DNA of 20,000 nucleotides from Perkinsus olseni (Eukaryota): NCBI GenBank assembly GCA_013115125.1, contig JABANN010000120.1, positions 48,223 to 68,222 of the forward strand, read 5' to 3'. Shown piece by piece: positions 1 to 9,073 of this stretch (position 1 is its first letter; each line of letters starts with the position of its first letter). The notes under the pieces were generated by a model. It saw only the letters and a program-made list of their open reading frames with translations, ran no database searches and was not told where the DNA came from. The position numbers and the translations under genes were made by a program.

Positions 1-1213
1 AGGTCAAAGACGGACGGGTTTATCTCACTCTCACAATTGATGGCTCTGGAGTGGTGGCTCAGACGGCTCCAGTGGTGAGGAGGACCTTTCGAGGCATGCC
101 TTCTCGGCGTCCTGTTAGCAGATCTATCCCTCCCTGGTGTTATTTAGGATATGAGCAATGAAAGCCCGCTGCTCGACTTCAGCAATCAGCCCGATATACA
201 CATACCTCTGAGAGGAGCCGCGATGGAGAGCGAAATGGACGAGTGAGTATCGGCACGAGATGCCGAGCTGCTATGGTGGCACGAATCACCCGTTTTTCAC
301 CGCCAGGAACTCTCTAACCCTGCGAATACGGTTATTTCAAAACTTGCGCAGCAAAAAGAGCGAACAAGAAGGGAAGTCTCCGAAACTGGTAGGACACGTT
401 CTCAGCAAGGGTTTGATTTGGATGAAATAGGTCTCAATCAGGTCATTGCAGCGGAGGGCAAGTTTCCAGTTGATGCCTCAACCCATGAGGCTCCGGGAGA
501 GAGTGGGTCGGACCTAACCGAGCGAAGAAGCAGCAGAGACAGCGACGCCTTGGAGCGTAAGGATACCACTGGAGTTCCTCACGAGCGCTCTCATTTGTTA
601 CCAATTCGGGTGAAAAGAGTTGTACCCAGTGTTTGCGTGAACGGGATTTAGCTAGCTCCCTGGGCGATTTGTAGGTACCACGGATGTGGAACTGTGGTCG
701 ACTGATGGGCAGCGTCTCGTGGCAGTAGTTGGGATTAGAGTAACGCCGTCAGCGAGGATTCCGGGTACTCCCCGAAATAGTAGACAAGCCAACAAAAGTA
801 CGGAGGGACGGGCTGGGTCGGCTATTCGACCTGATACCAGCAACTCAACCGTTTGCTGGAATCCTGATAGATAGTTTTTATCGTAGCTGAACTACCGAGA
901 ACTAGCTTTCTAAAGTTTCCTGCGGCCGGCGCACATTTCATGCCTCTCCTCGTAGTATGAGGCTCATAAATATGTTTCTCCGGATGGAGGTTATCCTATC
1001 CAGTCTGCTCTATGCTGAGAAACCTGCCATAGCGTTCTTTCGTACGAGCGGTTATGGATGCACGGAGATCATGTCTGGTCGTCCCGGTCGGGGCACCCAC
1101 GCAGTTTAACTGCCGCAGTTCGACCTAATCTTCATAAGCTTGTCAGTCTCACCGTCATCTTCATCCCCATGTGGGGAAACCGGAGATCTGGGTGTCATCA
1201 CCCCCGAGTTCTC
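1..1213 (+). CDS. Partial multi-exon gene, possibly C2-domain-like; may be the 5' part of the DysF gene resuming at ~2714
   Basis: Splice-flanked exon-like pieces translate to VKDGRVYLTLTIDGSGVVAQTAPV, MSNESPLLDFSNQP, LTLRIRLFQNLRSKK, VIAAEGKFPV and GTTDVELWSTDGQRLVAVVGIR. The beta-strand-rich pattern is reminiscent of C2 domains. The domain call is by eye and the exon chain is not unique. Confidence 0.4.
1206..1213 (+). repeat. 8-bp direct repeat GAGTTCTC (left copy; candidate target-site duplication)
   Basis: Directly abuts the first base of the SL match; identical copy at 2706-2713. Confidence 0.5.
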
Positions 1214-1234
1214 CCGTAGCCATCTTGGCTCAAG
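1214..1234 (+). other. Genomic (relict) spliced-leader exon, Perkinsus type
   Basis: CCGTAGCCATCTTGGCTCAAG matches nt 2-22 of the Perkinsus SL as I recall it (ACCGTAGCCATCTTGGCTCAAG; the dinoflagellate SL has CATTTTGG). It is followed by CC rather than a GT donor, so it is not an SL RNA gene. An ATG follows after a 16-nt spacer (1251). Confidence 0.9.
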
Positions 1235-1250
1235 CCATCTATTTTAGGCA

Positions 1251-2449
1251 ATGCCAGATTTCTTGACATCCGAACAAGCTAGATCACTATTCGAGCGTGA
1301 ATTGCCTAGTGGTTACGTGAGCTGCGATGATGCTTATGAGGTTTTGAGAAGATGTTTTGAATTGAATGGCTAGTCGTAGGAGAGGCCGACAATATCTTTG
1401 CAAGGATGAGTGTGATGTCATATGTTCTGTGGACCTATTGAGTGAGAGAGCATTATAGGCTTCTACTGGGTATGGTGTAAGAAAGGTTACTCGAGTATCT
1501 GGTAGTAGTTTGGCCCTGCAGTCGCCGAGTAGACGTAGTCCCGGACTGCAGGCGCAAGCGGCATCGCCGTAGCAGCGCCAGGAAGTAATAGCGAGCAGCA
1601 GTGGTGCTGCCCCCTATGTGGAAAAAATTACAATGTGAGAAAGAGTTTCCTGAACCGTGGTTACAAGATTCATAAGGTTTCCTTAAACGGTCACGGTGCC
1701 GCGGGGGCGGGCGGCGGGCTCGGGCAATAGATAGAAATGGTATTGGGTGCTAGAGGCCTAGCCTTTACCTCTGCGATGGAGGTACGCCCCCTGTTAACTC
1801 GAGTATCAACGCGAACAACTTCGCGAACAACAAGAAATCTAGGATTCGTATTGAGAAGAGGGAAGCGGCACTGGGCGGAGCTGCTGACTGAGGAAACCAT
1901 TCTCCCTGTTGGGAACTTGGTATGGACTTCATTAGTCCGAACCCCTGTCACCAGTGGGTGTTGGGAGAAGCTAAGATGGGGGTACGCCCTTGAACAAACT
2001 CAAGTATGGAGCAGTGTCAACTTTGAGGAAGTGAGAAGATGTATTTCACTTGACAATTTATTATGGGATGGGTTGCTGAGCTCGGTCAAGGCAAGCGACT
2101 GTGAGCTTTGATAGAGCTTGATTGCGGATGTCACGCTTTTCTCGGATGATAGCTCCTCTTATCGGCTTTGTTTCCTGTCACGCCCAGTCGTCTCCAGCCG
2201 ACCGAGGCTATTGTCCGATTTGTCGATCCATCTGACGCCGACTTACCGGAATACATCATTGCGGTCAACCTTACCCGTCTTTGCACCATCAAGAGAGAAT
2301 TTCTCGGGGCGCCCCTTGAAGTACCCTTGTACATGGTGGTACCCGGTCGCGTGGTCAATGTACAAGATTCCGCAAGACAATGGTACAATCGCGTTGTCCT
2401 GGGACTATGCTTCAACGACGGTTACTCTCTAATCGATGTACCTGACTGA
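1251..2449 (+). CDS. Hypothetical multi-exon protein with a degenerate C2H2 zinc-finger-like motif
   Basis: One phase-consistent model: MPDFLTSEQARSLFERELPSGY..|ASTGYGVRKVTRVSG|ASGIAVAAPGSNSEQQWCCPLCGKNYNVRKSFLNRGYKIHK|RPSLYLCDG|GFVLRRGKRHWAELLTEETILPVGNL|WVLGEAKMG|LLLSALFPVTP...LIDVPD* (last exon is ORF 2168-2449). Other splice solutions or pseudogene status are possible. Confidence 0.5.
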
Positions 2450-2705
2450 CGACTGAGAGCTGCGCTTGTCAACGAATTTACTAAGGGTCTCAGTTTATGT
2501 TATGCTAGAGTGCTCATGTGTGCGCCTGGCGTAATAAACATCGTATTGTGTAGCTCGTCTCAACCACCTTCTGATGATGCCTGAAGGTCTTGGCAAAAAC
2601 CGAAAAGTGCGTGAATGGGTTGGGAACAGTGATCCGCTGTACCCGGGGTGTACGAAATTCCATTGCTGGTAGAGTTCTTGTCTGTCACTCTCGGAGATCA
2701 ATGAT

Positions 2706-2713
2706 GAGTTCTC
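2706..2713 (+). repeat. 8-bp direct repeat GAGTTCTC (right copy)
   Basis: Identical to 1206-1213, 1500 bp downstream. It is followed by ATTTCAG, a plausible splice acceptor. Confidence 0.5.
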
Positions 2714-2719
2714 ATTTCA

Positions 2720-5052
2720 GGCTCGGTCAATCCGCTCGTGGCTGCTTCGAGTCCGTGCACGCTAGAGGGCGATGAAACGGTGGCAGACGAGCATGGTCGT
2801 CTCGAGACTAACGAGCATGCTTCAGGTATGCTCGCCAGACCCTGCAGCTATATCTCCGCAACTCGAAGGGCGCAAACTTCTTCGCGAAATCACGGACAAG
2901 CTCGTGACGTCTAATCCTGGCCACGTGCGAGCTGGTGGCGTAGAAGGCGGGGATGGCAGGAGCAAGGTGGGCTCCGTATGATCGTGTCCAGCACGTTGAA
3001 CGAATTGGGTCGACCTTAGCTTCGTCGCTACGGTACTCGCGGCATGCTTTCTCTTAGGAGACGAGTAAGGGTGGAATGACGACTGCCATCACAGGGCCGG
3101 CCAGCATGAAGGAGTTCTATGACCAGATGCAGCGATGGAGCCTCATGTGCGGTAGGCCTGTCTGTGCCTGCCCTCGGCCCATGATTTTGCTGAGATCAGG
3201 TCCATACCGGGAGATTCACGACACGATGCACGATATTGCTCATTGGAAGGGGGACACGGCCAAGACGTGGCTCTTCCTGCTCGTATCAACGATCGCCTGC
3301 CTCCATCCGGGGTGAGTCTCTTGTGGTGCCTCATGGCGAAGAAGGATGCGCCTGTTTCGAGTGGTGTGCGTTTCCCGCTACCTCTACTATCGGGCGTGAG
3401 AACCGGCGCGAGGCTTCCAGATCCCATTGCGATCAGGTGGATTCTCCCCTCGCTGCCTTGGGTGGCCATTGGGTTCTGGTATCTGCGGCTCATCAAGCGC
3501 ATCCAGGAGACGGCACTGCGGCAGCGCAGGAAGTCCTCTACGGCTGAGACCGAAGGTCGTAAACGTGATACTGACAAAGACACGGAGAGCAGTAAGTCAG
3601 CTGCAGCTGATTCCCTCCTGTGGGGTTCTGTGACTCTGTGGTGTGTTTGGTAGGCAAGAGCGGCGTCTATGACTGGATGCAGAAGCTGCAAGACAAGCAG
3701 CGCGAGGTTGAACTTAACCTGCAGTATAACCAGACGGTCACGCAGCAGGGTCTGAGAATGCTGGAGAGCTTCCGCAACATCAATCCACGGGAGGCATTGG
3801 TGGGTAGCGTACTTCAGGTAGTTTCACAGGCAGCTGCCTGCAGGTGATGAGCGCGATTCTGGCCATCCCCCTCACCATCGGCTTCCTTCTGGTACCGTTC
3901 AATTTCCTCGTACTTCTGTCGATCTATGCAACGCTGGGATATAACATGCTCTCCGATGAGATGGCGGAAAATCTTCGCAGGTAGGGAATCAGCGTACCGC
4001 AGCCCACCGGACGCTTGTGGGTTCCTCCGTACCATCCTTGTTCGCCATCAGATTCGTCCTTCATCATTTCGAGGGTATCATGGACCGTTTCCTGTCGAGG
4101 TCGGCTTCGGCGAGGCAGCTTGTTGAGTAGGCACAAGGCATGCTGCACGGCGCCATCTCTATGGGTTGGTAGGATTGTACAGACCGTGAGTGAGGATTCT
4201 CCGAAAGCGCAGCAGGCTGCCTCCGCCGTGACGGCGAAGCATGAGCGTCGGTCCCCTAGTGGAGAGACGGGTGGCGGGGCGTTGTCTGAGCTGGCACGGT
4301 CCAGGTCGAGCGGTGACAAGGTATTCCTCTTTTTTGAGAGTTCGGTGATCGGCTCCCCCCTTCCCAGGCGCGTGTCTTCGTGACGTACGAGAACCAGCGT
4401 TGGTGGGTCACTGGTGGATGGGGTCATCACACCTTCGCCGGGGAGCGATCGGCATGGAGCGACGAGTATGGTCAATTCTACTGCCCTAAGGAGTCCTTCC
4501 AGTTGCCGAAGGGTCCGGGGAGATGGGAATGGACTAGTCTGTGGTAAGCAGTGAGTGGTTTGCATAGAACTAGGGGGGTATCAGACGGCGTACGGCGATT
4601 GTTCCGTGGCTTGCACGCTGTATCAGCCAATCATACTCTGTACTTCCCGTGGCCAGAGTCTAAACCACCCATCCGTTACTCGTCCTTCATAAGGTACGTC
4701 GATCGAAGTGCTGATGGAGACGTTGAAGGCTGGGAGTAAGTTAGCGTCAACGCGTTATACGCGGTTCTCGGTCGTCCTCGCTGCTCTGGACTTCCTCTCG
4801 TAGCAAGCTGGGTGTCGGTTTATGCTGGCGTTGCCGTCTCCCCACTCGTCTTGTCGCGGGCTATTCGAATTTCACAGATACGCCCCGTCATTTTCTGCGG
4901 CCAACGAGGACGGTTTCCATTCTGAAATGCGGAGGTCTGATGTCGTGAGGCGTCGAAGGTGGTGCCGACGTTGCAGGATGGTACCGGGATCTGATCTGGA
5001 TAACCCGGCAGCATCGCCCTCGAAAGGGGCCCGGCAGATCTCCTCTGTATGA
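2720..5052 (+). CDS. Membrane protein with two hydrophobic hairpins (PRT_C/reticulon-like) and a C-terminal DysF domain; Pex23/Pex30-like or MCTP-like
   Basis: Hairpin 1: HDIAHWKGDTAKTWLFLLVSTIACLHPG|WILPSLPWVAIGFWYLRLI, then a charged loop. Hairpin 2: VMSAILAIPLTIGFLLVPFNFLVLLSIYATLG. Exons 4368-4543, 4694-4735 and 4878-5052 splice in frame to YENQRWWVTGGWG..ERSAWSDEYG..PKESFQLPKGPGRWEWTSLWYVD..DVEGWEYAPSF..SDVVRRRRWCR, the diagnostic DysF motifs. The 5' end is uncertain. Confidence 0.85.
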
Positions 5053-5739
5053 GCATTCGTGTATGTTTTCTACACTTTCCGTGCCATTTTGTAGTCTTGC
5101 TGGTGGTTAAATTATAGCGGGGACGCAAAGGGGATTGTCGTTTACGCTGTAGAGTCCTATAAGACCGACGAAGCCCTGGGTGAATCATGCATGCGAAGGA
5201 TCACACTTGAGCCTTGCTAAGGCGACAAGGGTCGCCTTTGAAGGTCGTTCGACTCTCCTCTCGCCCGTACACCGCAAAACTGGGCCCTCGCTGATGAGTC
5301 CCACGGGACCCGCCGTTCAGTCGGGAGACACCGAAGGCGTCCTTTCGCTCTCCGGAGGCCCCCATGTGGGATGGATTACTCATAGCTGACGAGAGATGAC
5401 CTCCAGCGCCCCAGCAGGGTCTTCTCGTATATGCAAGATGAAACTCGTTTTTCCCACGTACTACTGATGGCAACAAAACACCCTCGAGGGTGTGAAAAAA
5501 TCGAATAGGGAAAATAATATTGAAGTAGTCGCATAGGGCTTTGAATGAAAAAGAAGTAGCCTTGAAATTATTGATGTGGCCGAGATGCTCGTATGATGTA
5601 AGTGGGACGCGACACTAGGGCGTAGGACCCCATAAGGCTCCAGAATCTCAGTTGGTCCACAAGGCCGTGTGCAACCACTGATGGTGGAACAGCCTCCCTG
5701 CCCAGGGGGGCTTGTTGACCAATGGGAGAGACCGAGAAG

Positions 5740-6210
5740 TCAATGACAAGCACTCTTTGCTAGATGAGCTCCGGTGCCAGTAGTGCCCGGCACGCCTGGA
5801 CTGTTGGTGCGAATGTGAACCTCCGACTCCGAGGCCAAAGGAATGTAATGAATAGGTTCGCACCAGTCCTCGGTGAATAGGAGATCAAGGAACCCCGCAT
5901 TAGCATTGATGATGGCAGTCCTCAGAGCTCCCTTGTACTTATCTTCCTTAACTAGCAGTCCTCGGAGGCCCGGTCGCAGATGCACGACCTCGAAGGGCAC
6001 GTTGTAGGCTCGACCAATCTTGCCTTTGTGCCGCACTGAAGCATCGAAATGAAACAATGAGAAGTTGAGAGCGATCTCGACACCAGAATAGGTTGTGCAG
6101 AAGGCACCACTCGGTGAGGATAGAGTGAGTGTAGCCCACGGGATACCCTTGTCGTCGTCGACTATTCCGTAGACATGGTTACAGAGCACGACGAGGATAA
6201 TGGCGAGCAT
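5740..6210 (-). CDS. Hypothetical, probably secreted protein
   Basis: Within ORF 5740..6291, the ATG at 6210 starts MLAIILVVLCNHVYG (signal-peptide-like), followed by a globular-looking sequence. The 3' end may be spliced and extend to ~5568. No family recognised. Confidence 0.55.
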   Translation of the reverse strand: MLAIILVVLCNHVYGIVDDDKGIPWATLTLSSPSGAFCTTYSGVEIALNFSLFHFDASVRHKGKIGRAYNVPFEVVHLRPGLRGLLVKEDKYKGALRTAIINANAGFLDLLFTEDWCEPIHYIPLASESEVHIRTNSPGVPGTTGTGAHLAKSACH

Positions 6211-6681
6211 GTCGGAGAAAGACACTAAGGGAGTGACTCTCAATCGCTGATTCATAAGCAACTCTGCTTTGAGCCCCGTCGCTTCCTTCAACGTAGCATT
6301 CTGGCACCGATCACCATGATGAGCGTTTTTTTCTTAAGCGAATACCGGGAAAGAAGAGAATTCGAAGCCCCAAACTCTGCCTGGAGAAAGAATTGTGACG
6401 ATTTCTGTCGTGCGCTCAAGGAAAAATCACTAAGCACTACGGGAGCTCTCGAGGACTAGCTTTGGGCTCGAGATAGAACTTCCCGTTGATGAGCCAGTAT
6501 CAATCAGAGTCATTCCACATTCGCGACTACCTAGCTCACCAATCACGACCGGACAAGCTCCATTCATGCTGTGGGGAGAACCATGGGCTCGCGTGCGTCA
6601 TGGCACGCGTGCAATGACTCCCTCCTCTGCTAGTTTCTAGCAGATTGTCCCCCTCCTCCACCTTCAGTGGTTTTAGTCGCG

Positions 6682-8994
6682 ATGGCAGCCAGTCGTCGGA
6701 ATCGAAGCCGAACAGCTGCGTCTCCCGCCTCGCCGAGGTTGATTGTCATTCTCTTGGCGGCAACCACTTTGTCTGTTCTGTTTCTTACGACTTGGTATTG
6801 GCAACTGCGGGAATACAAGTCAGTGGTCTGTCTTCGAGACGGTTGCTGATGTTAGCGTCTTTCCTCGTTAGGGATGCTGTGGCGGCGTTCCAGGGCGATG
6901 TAGACAAGATATCGCGCCAGCTGAATCGTCTTATACGCATGGAGCAGGAGAGGCGAACAGACGCCTCTCTGATTCGCTCGTACAGTCGTGAAGAAGGCAC
7001 TCACTTGGAGGAAAACCATGAAGTGCATTCTGAGGCGGTGCCGGCCTTGGCCCCTGCTTCGACTACCGCCCGTGGGGCAGCCGCCCAGCCGTACACGATG
7101 GCCAGTGGGCACAAGGGCAACGGCGAACCGCGGAGAATGTGAGTTGTGAGTCATCGCTGCGGCCCAGCTTGCTGCGTGAGTGGGACGCGCTGTGATCAGT
7201 TACATCTTCACCTATGGGGGGCCTCCTGCGTGGTCCCCTCCCGTGCAGATGCCGCTCGGCTTTTGTCTTGGCATGGAGAGTGCACTTCAGCAAGAGCTCA
7301 TGGTTGAGGTGTGGTTACAGCAATGCTGGGAGCCTCGGTTGTCGACTCTGTCAGGTGCTGGGCCCGTCTGGCCAGGGCAAGGCTGACGGGAAGAAGTTCA
7401 GCGACCCGAAGGCTCTGAAACCTTTCGTGAGTGTCGTTGGGAAAGTCGTCTGCCTCTCTGTTCATCATGTCTCCCGAGGCTTGGCGTGCAGTTCTCGCGG
7501 CTCAGGTGTTGCTAACCCGTCTGAAGGAGCTTCCTCCCGATGGGCTGATGCTGTTCAATGACGCTCTCGATGTATGGTTCACCCCTCACTCTAGCGAGGA
7601 CGCCTTCGTCGATGCGTAAGGCCAGTGCATGGCAGCGCGACGGCTGCCGCTCCGTGAAAGGTTTTCGGTGTAGATTCGAGAAGGAGCTGCAGATTCCCGA
7701 CGACACGATACTGGTCTCGGCCGAGCGCAACTGCTGGCCTCCAGCCGACAGGATGCCCTATTGCCGCGACTACCCTCCCAACAAGCATGGCACTACGTAC
7801 AAGTACGCCAACACTGGTGGATGGATGGGAAGGGTGAAGACCAGTGTTTTCCTCTTGCAAGGTGAGTAGCTCGGGCAATGCAGGCGAATCCTGGTGGCCT
7901 TCAGCGTGGACGGCTTGTATTCTCGATGGCAAGGACGAGCAAGGCTGCGTCCAGTGGTTCTACAGGGATGCCCTAGAGAGTCGGAAGTGGGCTGAGCGTA
8001 TGTAGGCTGGTGGAGTGAGTTTGAAGTCAGATACAGAGAAGGCGTTGGTGCCTTCAAGATCGCCTTGGACGACACCCAACGGGTATGGCAGACGCTGTGG
8101 GGGACGAAGTTCGCCAATGTGAGTTTGCCACTCAAGCCGTGTTTACCCATGCCATGCTGCTGCAGGCGGAACCTGCCTTCCGTCAAGTCGACGCCGCGGG
8201 CTTCGGTGAGGAGGAGTCGGGGAAGCTGGTGAATCCAGAAACATCGACCAAGCCGTTGGTGGCCCATTTCAACGGCCCGAAGGACACGCTAGTTTACTGG
8301 ATGAAGGTGCCCTTCTTGGGAGCTTTCGATGTCCTTGTGAGCGCGCTGATGCGAATTTCGCTCGCCCGAAATTGATGTGAAACTGCCTGATGTCTTTTGC
8401 ATCTCATCGTAGAGGGCGGGTGGTAGCTTCTGGCATATTGGTAGGAATGGAGACAGATTCAGCGAGGAGTGGTACTTGTTGTCAGAAATGGAGGAAATAT
8501 TATCAGCTCGAGCCGACCTTCCAGGAAGGGAAAATTAACTTTTGGGGAGAAACTCGTGATTTTTACAAGGACATCTGTCCTCACAACTTCCTGCCGCGAC
8601 TGCCTTCTAAGAAGGTAGATGGTGACGTGTCGTGGCTGGGAATCGAACCTGGGTGTCTTCAGGTCCCGCCCGGCCAACGATGGAGGTCGGACTACAAGTG
8701 CTCAGAGGTTTGCTTGGGGAAGGACTGGCGATGCGCTGCCGACACTAGGTCGAACCCTCCCAAAGCTCCAGAGGTTACGGTCGATGGCACCCCTCTTGCC
8801 CGGGGAGGGGTAGGGTTCCGAAACTATCCATTCTTCCCTCCTCTTCTCTGTAGGTCATGGCCGAGTGTGATCCATCATCGGCTTCACCGTGCTGTAGCTC
8901 CACTGGCTGGTGCGGCGGTAGCAGCGCCCATTGTGACTGTCCTGATTGTATCGACTATCGTAAAGTGGCGCGCATGAGGAAGGCGGGGGCGTGA
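6682..8994 (+). CDS. Type II membrane PLOD-type (procollagen lysyl hydroxylase GT-domain-like) glycosyltransferase with a C-terminal chitin-binding type-1-like domain
   Basis: N-terminal TM (LIVILLAATTLSVLFLTTWYW) and a stem. Spliced motifs LMLFNDALDVWF (DxxD), ILVSAERNCWP, YKYANTGGWMGR, KDEQ, IALDDTQRVWQTL and KPLVAHFNGPK follow the PLOD GT-domain pattern. Final exon 8854-8994 encodes VMAECDPSSASPCCSSTGWCGGSSAHCDCPDCIDYRKVARMRKAGA*. Confidence 0.85.
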
Positions 8995-9073
8995 TATCAA
9001 AGCCAGCTTTCATGGTTGAAGTGATGTTGTGTGCGTTTGCTGTTAATTTGAGGTGAAGGATTGATCGACTGAG

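Larger units (their letters stand above)
1214..2705 (+). mobile_element. Candidate SL-headed inserted segment (retroposed or transposed gene copy)
   Basis: Begins exactly with the SL and is flanked by GAGTTCTC direct repeats. No poly(A) tail or terminal inverted repeats seen. Confidence 0.45.

Noticed and set aside
1214-1300. SL RNA gene
   Set aside because: No GT donor follows the SL exon; a short UTR-like spacer and an ATG follow instead.
3143-4565. Long minus-strand ORFs 3143..3691 and 3924..4565
   Set aside because: Antisense shadows of the well-supported plus-strand hairpin/DysF gene, with no recognisable motifs.
5478-5493. Perfect 16-bp palindrome ACACCCTCGAGGGTGT between convergent genes
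   Set aside because: About 0.3 such palindromes are expected by chance in 20 kb, and there is no supporting context.
6591-6610. Small inverted repeat CGCGTGC-N6-GCACGCG in the divergent intergenic region
   Set aside because: 7-bp arms are not significant and no function can be supported.
8854-8977. C-terminal hydrophobic tail (AAVAAPIVTVLIVSTIV) of ORF 8390..8977 as a TM anchor
   Set aside because: The alternative frame after the splice acceptor encodes a clear Cys-rich chitin-binding-like motif, so the tail is likely a wrong-frame reading.
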